NCBI GenBank assembly: GCA_040388555.1
Contig: JAZKBP010000027.1
Coordinates: forward strand, 20,463 to 84,462
Direction: 5' to 3'
DNA length: 64,000 bases
From: Pseudomonadota bacterium
GTDB lineage: Bacteria; Pseudomonadota; Gammaproteobacteria; Burkholderiales; Burkholderiaceae_D
Shown: one piece after another, positions 50,864 through 60,619 of the stretch
How positions within the stretch are numbered: position 1 is the stretch's first letter
How the letters are laid out: every line of letters begins with the position of its first letter
Notes under the pieces: model-generated
What the model saw: the letters and a program-made list of their open reading frames with translations, nothing else
Database searches by the model: none
Told to the model about the DNA's origin: nothing
Made by a program: the position numbers and the translations under genes

Positions 50864-51067
50864 TTAATTACCGGTCGGCGACTCATATTTTCCGTTACAC
50901 TTGGAACAGTTCCACACATCCCAGTCCATAACCGAGCCGTCAGCGCTGCATTTCCAAAGGCGGCGATCATTTTGGCTATTGTAGGAGCCATGCTTTGGGC
51001 ATGGTTTTCCCCAAGCGTAATTATTGCCACAATCGCTGCACTGCCAAATGTCTATATCCGCTGGCAT
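50864..51067 (-). CDS. Cys/Trp-rich zinc-ribbon-like mini-protein (67 aa)
   Basis: CxxC (10,13), CxxH (23,26), C40 and CxxC (54,57), with three W-x-C units. AAGGAG lies upstream. Confidence 0.55.
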   Translation of the reverse strand: MPADIDIWQCSDCGNNYAWGKPCPKHGSYNSQNDRRLWKCSADGSVMDWDVWNCSKCNGKYESPTGN

Positions 51068-51145
51068 GATGTTAAAACTCCTTGGTTAAAGTGGTTCAAT
51101 TGTTTCGTTGAAAGACAACTTCCAAAAATTGGAATATCCGACGAA

Positions 51146-51631
51146 TCAACGTTTTTTCAATGAAACTGCCATCGGACCTTTTTGTCCTGCTTGGACATTA
51201 AATAAAATCTTATTACCTTCAGAGAGAGAGTTAAAGCCTTCTACTTTATCAACACATCCAGAAAAATGGAAAAAAATCTCGGCAGGATATTTTTTATTTT
51301 CCAAATCAAAAGAAATAAAACCAAAACCTTGATCTTTCTTGATAATCTTGATGCTACCTAAATAGGTCTCATCGTCGCAAACGTCAACAGGTATTGAAAA
51401 TTGGTTGCCTCGCTGCGGCACATCGTGTTCTATGTTGCCGTATCCCCCATCATATAGTCGCTTGTAAAGCGGCTGCGATTCATTACCGAGGCGATTGTAT
51501 AGCGCTTTGAGTCGTTGCATTTCAGATTCATCGCATCTGTCTTGCCATTGACTACGTAGACTATTCCGGCGTTTTTCAATATCCTGTATGCAACTTCTTA
51601 TTGTATATAACTCATCCGCGTCTAAAGGCAT
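51146..51631 (-). CDS. cold-shock-domain fusion protein (helical N-terminal region + C-terminal CSD)
   Basis: QGFGFISF and EIFFHFS match the RNP1/RNP2 motifs of cold-shock domains. The N-terminal ~90 aa are unrelated and helical. Confidence 0.7.
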   Translation of the reverse strand: MPLDADELYTIRSCIQDIEKRRNSLRSQWQDRCDESEMQRLKALYNRLGNESQPLYKRLYDGGYGNIEHDVPQRGNQFSIPVDVCDDETYLGSIKIIKKDQGFGFISFDLENKKYPAEIFFHFSGCVDKVEGFNSLSEGNKILFNVQAGQKGPMAVSLKKR

Positions 51632-51919
51632 ATTTCGATTCTCCCTTTTCTATATTGACCAAATATAAATATTGCGGCTGTAGGTAAACTCTTGGCACAC
51701 TTGGAGTGTAAGGTAGGGTGATGCGTAAGTAAATGACTTTTGGTTTGAATCGATCAGTGGTTGGACAAGGCCAAGAGCTGCGGGGTGTATTCGAATGAGC
51801 TACGGCAAGGAGGCGAAACCGAGAAGACCCCGCAGATTTGCGCACTCGCTCTCGTCTAGGGAAGCGCTGATCAATTGACGATTTCAGCGGTTTTCCAAGT
51901 TTTAGAGGAAACGGCTTCG

Positions 51920-51946
51920 CCGAAAAAACGAAACGCGCTTTTTCGG
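51920..51946 (-). terminator. possible terminator hairpin after the 124-aa ORF
   Basis: CCGAAAAA-N11-TTTTTCGG lies 6 nt downstream of the stop at 51952. The stem is A/U-rich, so this is weak. Confidence 0.3.
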
Positions 51947-51951
51947 GGCCG

Positions 51952-52326
51952 TTACATCCATTTTTTTAGCAAAATTGCAGTATTTCTTGCGCCTTTCGGC
52001 GTGTTGTTCAAAGTCAGTAAACGCGGGCCGTCTAGCGCAATGTCCAGCATTTGGTCCATTTGAAATAGCTGGCCGACTCGAATCCTTGTATGAGTGTTGA
52101 GCTCATTTCCGGTGATGCGATCGAACAATACTGCCGGTTCGAATTTTACGCGGTCAAGTTCCAGAGTGCGAAGAAAGGAAGCAAGTGCGTTTTCGACGAG
52201 CAATGATTGGTACCCGGCCATGAATGGGCCGCTTTCACCCTTTTCAATGAACTGAAATCTTCCATCGTCGAGTTCGTACACCCGCGCAAAAGGCAAGTCA
52301 CAATAGATGTAGAAAGGTAATGGCAT
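51952..52326 (-). CDS. hypothetical protein (124 aa), immunity-protein-like
   Basis: The preferred start is ATG 52326 (MPLPFYIYCDLPF). The track start at 52341 is a TTG. It lies 21 nt downstream of the 144-aa ORF. Confidence 0.5.
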   Translation of the reverse strand: MPLPFYIYCDLPFARVYELDDGRFQFIEKGESGPFMAGYQSLLVENALASFLRTLELDRVKFEPAVLFDRITGNELNTHTRIRVGQLFQMDQMLDIALDGPRLLTLNNTPKGARNTAILLKKWM

Positions 52327-52347
52327 TCGATGGTGGCCCAACTAAAA

Positions 52348-52782
52348 TTAAGCCGTCGTACCTTGATGTTCTAGAAAGTCGCGTACCGCTTCACAAGTCG
52401 ATTCCGGCGCATTCGGGTGTTCAAGAACTAACCGCAATTCTGTAAGCCACATACTCCGTTGCTCATTCGAAACCACGGAATTGAGAATGCGATTTACCAT
52501 CCACACCGTCAAGTCCGTAGGCTGGCGATGCAGCGACTCCGGCAGGAGTAATTCGTTTCCAGGAATAGCTTCAAGTTCGTGAACCAACGGACCAGGTGAG
52601 CCAAACTCGGCTTCAGGAAAGCGTTCGAGAAGATCAAGAATGGCGGGTGCCGCCTGTTCTCGACCGGCCAACGTACGGAATTCCGAAAAAATTTCGTAGA
52701 GCCGCTCGACGTTCTCCGCATCGTCATCAGATGGCACCAGCGATTGGAGCGCGCGTATGGTCGAGTCAATAGTCGTTGTCAT
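52348..52782 (-). CDS. hypothetical acidic all-helical protein (144 aa), immunity-protein-like
   Basis: ...LLERFPEAEFGSPGPLVHELEAIPG...TVWMVNRILN... There is no clear Shine-Dalgarno. Confidence 0.5.
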   Translation of the reverse strand: MTTTIDSTIRALQSLVPSDDDAENVERLYEIFSEFRTLAGREQAAPAILDLLERFPEAEFGSPGPLVHELEAIPGNELLLPESLHRQPTDLTVWMVNRILNSVVSNEQRSMWLTELRLVLEHPNAPESTCEAVRDFLEHQGTTA

Positions 52783-52796
52783 GTATTAAGCGGCTT

Positions 52797-52829
52797 AAAA
52801 GTAGGCGCCCCAATAGGCGCCTTTGTTTT
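52797..52829. terminator. bidirectional rho-independent terminator-like hairpin
   Basis: AAAAGT-AGGCGCC-ccaata-GGCGCCT-TTGTTTT is a 7-bp GC stem flanked by an A-run and a T-run. Confidence 0.6.
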
Positions 52830-53158
52830 GGACACCAGGTCGGAAAAGGACGCCTCTTCAGGTCACTCCACCTATGGTGTCAAATAGTCATCTCACTTTA
52901 GCACACCCGAAGTCGAAGGCGCAAACCGACAATTCCCATGGTGAAACTTTTGAATTGGACACGTCTCCCTCAGCTTGCGCGCAAAACGAGCACAATCGAG
53001 CATAAGGCATCACGCGCGTGGCACCATGCCTAGACGAGCATGAATTTCGGCAACGAACTCCGCCGGAAAGGCGCGTTCCGCATGTTCAACCCAGTATCCG
53101 CGTTGCCACCAGTGCCAAGGCGCCACCCGAACCCAGCTCCGCCTGCTGCGCAATATGC

Positions 53159-53186
53159 CTTGAAATCGCCGCCCGCACCCCCATGT
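53159..53186 (+). promoter_or_regulatory. sigma-32 (heat-shock) promoter of htpG
   Basis: CTTGAAA-13 nt-CCCCATGT matches the sigma-32 consensus (CTTGAAA...CCCCATnT). It lies 75 nt upstream of the htpG ATG. Confidence 0.7.
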
Positions 53187-53260
53187 TGGTACGGCTCGAT
53201 TGATTTTATTGCTTAGTTTTCAATCTCTTAACCTGCAAACCGTATTAACGAGGACATAAA

Positions 53261-55183
<1,923 letters not shown>

Positions 55184-55205
55184 TTCGGGGCGACGTGGCG
55201 AAAAA

Positions 55206-55238
55206 GCGGGGAGGCGTCGAGCTTCTCCGCTTTTTTTT
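55206..55238 (+). terminator. rho-independent terminator of htpG
   Basis: GCGGGGAGG-cgtcgag-CTTCTCCGC followed by T8, 23 nt after the stop. Confidence 0.7.
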
Positions 55239-55331
55239 CGCGCTCAGATCTTGCGCGCCAAATCCCAAGCTTTGCGCATATTAATAATTTGCTACAATTA
55301 TCGATCCATTCTACGCGCGCGAACATCACTG

Positions 55332-56609
55332 ATGAATATTCCAGATAAATTGCGGGCGATTAAAGACGCCCTGTCCGGCAGAAGGCAGGAGCGCAAGCGC
55401 TTGCGCGGGCCGGCACCGCTGAACTACGCGATTGCCGATGCAATCGGCATGCTCGACGCGGCGTCATGGAAGGCGATGAGCGCCGACGCCGGGTTTTTCA
55501 TGTCCATCGAATACCTGGCCGCGCTCGAACAGGTCTTGCCGTCCAATCTGTCGGCGCGCTATGCCTTGATTTACAGCGGCGAGGGGAGCGAGCGCAAACC
55601 GGTGGCGGCTGTGTATATGCAAATCGCGGATATCAGCCTGGCGCAGGCGCGCCCGGAAAAGGGCGCCGACGAAGTCAAACGCCTCGATCTGCTGGCCGCT
55701 AACGCACGCCAGCGCGTCCTGAGCTGCGGCAATCTGCTCACCTACGGCCAGCATGGCATCGCCTTCGCGCAAGGCGTCGATGAAAAGCTGGCATGGCATG
55801 GCGTGGCCGAAGTGTTGTACCGGGTGCGCCGCGCCGAAAAATTGGCCGGCAAGACGCACTTCATCATGATCAAGGATCTGCACGCGCCCTACACGGAGCA
55901 AGCCGTCCATTTGCAGAGCCTCAGCTACCGCTACGTGGAAACGGAGCCGAACATGCTGCTGACCTTGCAGGACGATTGGAAAAGCTACGACGATTATCTG
56001 GCCAGCCTGGCTTCCAAATATCGCGGCAAGGTGCGCAGCGGCATATTCAAGCCGATGGACGAGGCGGCCTGCACGATCGAGCAAGTGGCCGATTTGTCCG
56101 CGGTCCAGGACCGGGTTCACGCCCTGTACAAGGCGGTGCAATCGAACGCCAGCTTCCGCCCCTTCGAGCTGCGCCCCGAATACTTCGCCACACTACAACA
56201 GGTCGCTGGCGCGCGCATGCGCTGCAGCGCCGTCATGCGCGACAACACCATGCTTGGTTTCCTGATCACGGTGGCCGATGGTCCCACCGCTATCGCCTAT
56301 CACATCGGCTTCGACCGCGATGCGGCCGAGGATTTGCCGATTTACCTGCGCCTGTTGCACGCGGGCGTCGCCGATGCCATCGCGCTCGGATGCAAGCAAG
56401 TGTCGTACGGACGCACCGCCCTCGAACCGAAGGCGGCATTGGGCGCGAAGCCGCAGACCTTCGGCATCCTGGTGCGGCACCGCCAGCCCGTGCTCAACAA
56501 GATCATCAAGCGCATTTTGCTCGGCGTCGAACACGAAGATGCGCCCGAGCGCAGCCCATTCAAGAACGCGCCCGCGCCAAAACAAGACAAGCAGCTTGAA
56601 ACCACATGA
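55332..56609 (+). CDS. GNAT-fold / FemAB-like acyltransferase family protein (function uncertain)
   Basis: The start MNIPDKLRAIKD lies within the longer track ORF. Size and C-terminal half resemble acyl-CoA N-acyltransferase-fold proteins. Confidence 0.6.
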   Translation: MNIPDKLRAIKDALSGRRQERKRLRGPAPLNYAIADAIGMLDAASWKAMSADAGFFMSIEYLAALEQVLPSNLSARYALIYSGEGSERKPVAAVYMQIADISLAQARPEKGADEVKRLDLLAANARQRVLSCGNLLTYGQHGIAFAQGVDEKLAWHGVAEVLYRVRRAEKLAGKTHFIMIKDLHAPYTEQAVHLQSLSYRYVETEPNMLLTLQDDWKSYDDYLASLASKYRGKVRSGIFKPMDEAACTIEQVADLSAVQDRVHALYKAVQSNASFRPFELRPEYFATLQQVAGARMRCSAVMRDNTMLGFLITVADGPTAIAYHIGFDRDAAEDLPIYLRLLHAGVADAIALGCKQVSYGRTALEPKAALGAKPQTFGILVRHRQPVLNKIIKRILLGVEHEDAPERSPFKNAPAPKQDKQLETT

Positions 56610-57136
56610 CAATTTTGCATACCGCGCGCCTGCGCCTGGAACCATTTGACATGAGCCATCTCGATGGCTTGGCACGTATGAACAGCGATCCGGACGTGAT
56701 GCGCTACTTGACCGGCAAGCCGGAATCGCGCGAGGAAACCGAGGCCGCGATCGTGCGCATCCAGGGCCGCTGGATCGAATGGGGCTATTCGTGGTGGAGC
56801 TTCATCGAACTGGAATCGAAAGAAGTGATCGGGGCCGGCACCATTCAACGCCTTGGACACGATCGCGCCAATCCGCTCGAAATCGGATGGCGCCTGCGCA
56901 AGGATAAATGGGGGCAGGGTTACGCGTCCGAGGCGGCGCGCACGATGGCGGCGTTCGCCTTCGACAGCATAGGCGACGACCTTTTGAGCGCCGTCTGCCA
57001 TCCCGAAAATCTCGATTCGGCGCGCGTGATGCAGCGCTTGGGGATGACATACCACGGTGTGGAAACCTGGTACGACATGGATACCTCGGTGTATCGCATG
57101 ACGCGCGCCGACTGGGAGCGTGTCACGAGCGGCTGA
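56606..57136 (+). CDS. GNAT-family N-acetyltransferase (RimJ/RimL-like)
   Basis: TARLRLEPFDMSHLDGL...GWRLRKDKWGQGYASEAA matches the pattern. An ATGA overlap links it to the upstream gene. Confidence 0.8.
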   Translation: MTILHTARLRLEPFDMSHLDGLARMNSDPDVMRYLTGKPESREETEAAIVRIQGRWIEWGYSWWSFIELESKEVIGAGTIQRLGHDRANPLEIGWRLRKDKWGQGYASEAARTMAAFAFDSIGDDLLSAVCHPENLDSARVMQRLGMTYHGVETWYDMDTSVYRMTRADWERVTSG

Positions 57137-57214
57137 GGGTATATCGCATGTCGGCGTTCGTAGATGTTGAACACTCAGCCTCGGCGGCAGGAAGAAAACG
57201 AATCAGCGCTCGTT

Positions 57215-57322
57215 TCAAAGGTCAGTCATCCCGCCATCGAGCGCGAGGTTCGCCCCAACCATATATGCCGACGCGTCGCTGGCCAGGAAGAGGGCGGCAT
57301 TGGCCACTTCATCGGCCAGGGC
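57215..57322 (-). pseudogene. 3' remnant of a short-chain dehydrogenase/reductase gene
   Basis: Only the C-terminal ~35 aa (ALADEVANAALFLASDASAYMVGANLALDGGMTDL) look SDR-like. The upstream part of the ORF is low-complexity nonsense. Confidence 0.6.
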
Positions 57323-57327
57323 AAAGA

Positions 57328-57540
57328 TTGGACCGCGCCGTTGAAGTGTTTTGGCGCCACGGCTTCCAGGACGCGTCGATGCACGAGCTGACCGAGGCCA
57401 TGCGCTTGAGCAAACCGAGCCTGTACGCGGCCTTTGGCGACAAGGAGGCGCTGTACTTGAAGGCGCTCGAGCGCTATAGCGCCTTGCTGATAGCGGGTCA
57501 GGCGGCGCTCTGTCCGCGCGCGCCCCGCTGCACGCATTGA
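57328..57540 (+). pseudogene. truncated TetR-family regulator (HTH region only)
   Basis: LDRAVEVFWRHGFQDASMHELTEAMRLSKPSLYAAFGDKEALYLKALERY is a TetR N-terminal HTH. It has no proper start and stops about 20 aa later. Confidence 0.6.
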
Positions 57541-57660
57541 TTTCTGCGCACAGATTTTTGGGTCCCGTCGCGAAATTGCGGGCTCCTGTCGGAGAGGCGC
57601 CACGCCCGCTCCAGGTTTTACCTACAATGCCCCGACTGAACAAAACGGGGAACCGATCGC

Positions 57661-59556
57661 ATGGAATCAGCACTCATACGCCGCCAAGCGCCACAGCTAG
57701 GCCTGGCGCGACTGGCCCTGCTGGCCGGCGCGCTGCTGCTGGGCGCCAGCGCGCGCGCGGTGGCCGCGCAGCCGCCACTGCCGAATAATCTCGACGGTCT
57801 CGATCGCCAACTGGCCGCGCTGTTCAAGGCCGGTGCGGTACCCGGCGCGTCGGTGGTATTGATCGAAAACGGGCAGATTGTTTTTGAAAAAGGCTATGGC
57901 TACGCCGACCTCGCCAAGCAAATTCCTGCCACCGCCCACACCCCGTTCCGCGCCGGTTCGATCTCCAAGGGGCTCACGGCCATCGGCGTCATGGCCTTGG
58001 TCGAGCAGGGCCGCTTGAGCCTGGATGCGCCGCTGCACACCCTCGCGCCGGAAATCACCTTCGCCAATCCGTGGGAACGCACCGACCCGGTGCGCCTGGT
58101 GCACCTGCTCGAACATACGACCGGCTGGCCCGATATTTCGACCCGCGTCTTGTCGAAGGACGAAGCCAACTGGTCGACCCTGCAGGGCATTAACTTCAGC
58201 AGTGCCGAATTCATCAGCCGCTGGAAGCCGGGCACCTTCGCGGTCTATAACAACGCCGGCCCCGCCGTGGCTGCCTATGCCATCGAGAAGCGCAGCGGCC
58301 AAAGCTTCGACCAGTACATGAGGGCCAGCGTGCTCGAACCGATGGGGATGCGCGGTGCCGACTTCACGCTCACGCCCGCCCTGGCCAAGAGCGTCGCCAA
58401 AAGCTATGGGCCGGACCTGACTCAAACGCCGTACCAGCACATCGTGCTCAAGCCGGCGGGTTCCCTGCTTGTCAGCGCCCACGAACTGGCGCAGTTGGCG
58501 CGCTTCTATATTGGGCGCGGCAGTGTCGACGGGCGCCAGATATTAAAGCCGGAATCGGTAGCGCGCATCGAACGCGCGGAATCGAACCTGGGCGCGCGCT
58601 CGGGTTTCTACAACGGTTACGGGCTTGGCAATGCGCCGATTCCCGACAGCGGCATCACCTTCCGAGGCCATAACGGCGGCATCGACTCATTTACTTCCGT
58701 GCTTGGCTACACCATGCGCAACGGCTCCGGCTACGTGTTGATGGCCAATGGCGGCGATGGGGTCGACTTCGCCAGCCCGGCCGCTCACTTGATCCAGGCG
58801 TGGCTCACGCGTGGATTGCCGCTTGAGCCGCAAGCGACGGTGCCACTTAGCGATGATCAATTGCGGGCATATGCGGGCTTTTACCGCACCATCACGCCGT
58901 CCAACGACCTGATGCGGCCCTACGCGGAGGTGTTCGGCCTGACGCGGGTGAGCGCCGCCCAAGGTGGGCTGCGCATGGGCGGCAAGGACTTTGTGCCGAC
59001 GGGGCACCATGGCTTTCGCCGTAGCGACCGCAGCGAAGCGAGCGTGTCGTTTATCGAGCAAGATGGCCAGCTATTCAAGCTCAACCTCACCTCGGCCCAG
59101 CAAAAGGTGGGGCTGTGGTACATGATCCCATTGTGGCTGCTTGGCGCGATCCTGGTGCTCGGCCTGGTGGTGGGCATCGTCATGCTGATTCCATGGATAG
59201 TCGCACAGCGGCGCGCACGGCTCGCTGGCAAGGGTGGCCTGGTGCTTCGTCTGCTGCCGCTGGCCGCCACCTCCGCCTTGGCGGCAACCCTGGCGCTGCC
59301 CTTGGCGGCCTTGGTGAACGGTGCCAGCACGTCGGTTCAGCAATTGGCCAGCATCGGTCCCTATTCCTTGCTGATCATGGCTTGCAGCGTGCTCTACCCC
59401 ATGCTGGCGGTGGCGGGCTTGCTGTCGGCGCTGCGCCAACGCCGCGCGCCGCGCGCGATTCGTGCCTACGTCGGCGTGACGTCGCTGGGGCTGATCAGCG
59501 TTGCCGCCTATGCGGCGACGATCGCTTGGCTGCCGCTGCGCACCTGGCTGATGTAG
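57661..59556 (+). CDS. serine hydrolase (beta-lactamase/PBP4*-like) with C-terminal membrane helices
   Basis: Signal peptide, SxxK motif (GSISKG), and four hydrophobic helices at the C-terminus. Confidence 0.8.
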   Translation: MESALIRRQAPQLGLARLALLAGALLLGASARAVAAQPPLPNNLDGLDRQLAALFKAGAVPGASVVLIENGQIVFEKGYGYADLAKQIPATAHTPFRAGSISKGLTAIGVMALVEQGRLSLDAPLHTLAPEITFANPWERTDPVRLVHLLEHTTGWPDISTRVLSKDEANWSTLQGINFSSAEFISRWKPGTFAVYNNAGPAVAAYAIEKRSGQSFDQYMRASVLEPMGMRGADFTLTPALAKSVAKSYGPDLTQTPYQHIVLKPAGSLLVSAHELAQLARFYIGRGSVDGRQILKPESVARIERAESNLGARSGFYNGYGLGNAPIPDSGITFRGHNGGIDSFTSVLGYTMRNGSGYVLMANGGDGVDFASPAAHLIQAWLTRGLPLEPQATVPLSDDQLRAYAGFYRTITPSNDLMRPYAEVFGLTRVSAAQGGLRMGGKDFVPTGHHGFRRSDRSEASVSFIEQDGQLFKLNLTSAQQKVGLWYMIPLWLLGAILVLGLVVGIVMLIPWIVAQRRARLAGKGGLVLRLLPLAATSALAATLALPLAALVNGASTSVQQLASIGPYSLLIMACSVLYPMLAVAGLLSALRQRRAPRAIRAYVGVTSLGLISVAAYAATIAWLPLRTWLM

Positions 59557-59562
59557 GCCAGC

Positions 59563-60207
59563 TTATTTGGGATCGAAGTTCGGGCCGATGAATTCGAGCC
59601 CGGACAGCACTTCGGCGCTGCCCTTGAACGCTTCCCATTGCTCTTGCGGCGCGCCGAACATGAACAGGCCGACGATATCGATGTCGTCGCTCCAGAAACC
59701 CCAGTACAGCATGTGATAGGCCTTGCTTTCGCCCTTGCGCTCGATGGTTTCGATCACCTCGAGACATTGGCGCTGCAAGCGCCCCTGGACGCTCTGCGGG
59801 CACTCGCGCACCAGCTTGGCGCCGGCTTTTTTCTCGGCCAGGACATTTTTGACGTATGCCGCGCGCGTCATTTTGCTGGTCATTTCGATGCCGACGATGG
59901 CGTGCAGCTGCAGGCCGGTTTCGTAGTGTCCGTTTTCCGATTCTTCGGGCAGCATGGTCCAAGCCCAGCCGCTACCGGTGCGCCCGTCCTTCACGATCCA
60001 GTCCTTGGGCCTGGCGATCTTCCCGCCGGTGGGCGTGAGCGCTTCGAGCACATAGCCGTCGGGAACGGTGAAGGCGCCTTGGGCTTGGCTTGATGCGCTG
60101 GCCAACATGAGCACGGCAGACAGGGCTGCGAAACGGGCAGTGAAACGCGTGGTGACGCGGACTGCTTGCAGCACGCGCTGCGCCGTGGCTTGCATTTCAG
60201 TTTTCAT
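59563..60207 (-). CDS. secreted hypothetical protein
   Basis: MKTEMQ...FAALSAVLMLASASSQAQG forms a signal peptide. I recognise no family. Confidence 0.55.
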   Translation of the reverse strand: MKTEMQATAQRVLQAVRVTTRFTARFAALSAVLMLASASSQAQGAFTVPDGYVLEALTPTGGKIARPKDWIVKDGRTGSGWAWTMLPEESENGHYETGLQLHAIVGIEMTSKMTRAAYVKNVLAEKKAGAKLVRECPQSVQGRLQRQCLEVIETIERKGESKAYHMLYWGFWSDDIDIVGLFMFGAPQEQWEAFKGSAEVLSGLEFIGPNFDPK

Positions 60208-60571
60208 CGATATAGGTCCAGGTGTCGGCGCCGTCAAAGCGGCGGATGCGCACGTCGCCAATTTGCGCCGGCTCGAAATTGCGGATGTTCACGCCCATGC
60301 GCGCGCCATGCTGGGACGGCAAGGGCTCCCAATGGGTGACGCTGCCACAATGGCGGCAGCGTATGGTCTTGAGCATTCGGTCGCCCCAGATGTACTCGCA
60401 GGTATGCTCCGGATGCCCCGTCACCTTGACCTCCCCAACCGTGTAATAAGCCCACAGCGCGCCGGTGCGCCGGCACAAGGAGCAATTACAGTTGGTGACG
60501 CACTCTGGCGCCGCCGGGATGGTGATGTGAACGGCGCCGCAATGGCAGGTAGCGCTAAGTGTGCTCGTCAT
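60197..60571 (-). CDS. GFA (glutathione-dependent formaldehyde-activating / CENP-V-like) family protein
   Basis: MTSTLSATCHCGAVH...CNCSLCRRTGALW...RHCGS shows the Cys pattern. An alternative upstream ATG lies at 60613. Confidence 0.75.
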   Translation of the reverse strand: MTSTLSATCHCGAVHITIPAAPECVTNCNCSLCRRTGALWAYYTVGEVKVTGHPEHTCEYIWGDRMLKTIRCRHCGSVTHWEPLPSQHGARMGVNIRNFEPAQIGDVRIRRFDGADTWTYIDEN

Positions 60572-60619
60572 GGCGATGGTGTTTGAACGATGGGAGACGG
60601 GGAAGGGCTTCATGTTGAG

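Larger units (their letters stand above)
45755..52830. mobile_element. low-G+C genomic island / integrated plasmid remnant (ends approximate)
   Basis: Composition drops to 37% at line 49561 and 28% at line 51241. It carries a parA + RHH partition pair and a string of orphan ORFs. No integrase, tRNA or flanking repeat was found. Confidence 0.55.

Noticed and set aside
53018-53203. 61-aa plus-strand ORF and opposite-strand frames in the spacer upstream of htpG
   Set aside because: There is no Shine-Dalgarno and no recognisable motif. The ORF also overlaps the sigma-32 promoter, so it is most likely non-coding.
57215-57673. 152-aa minus-strand ORF as an intact gene
   Set aside because: Only its last ~35 residues resemble an SDR. 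The remainder is Arg/Ala/Pro-rich and overlaps a TetR HTH on the other strand. I interpret it as a pseudogene remnant.
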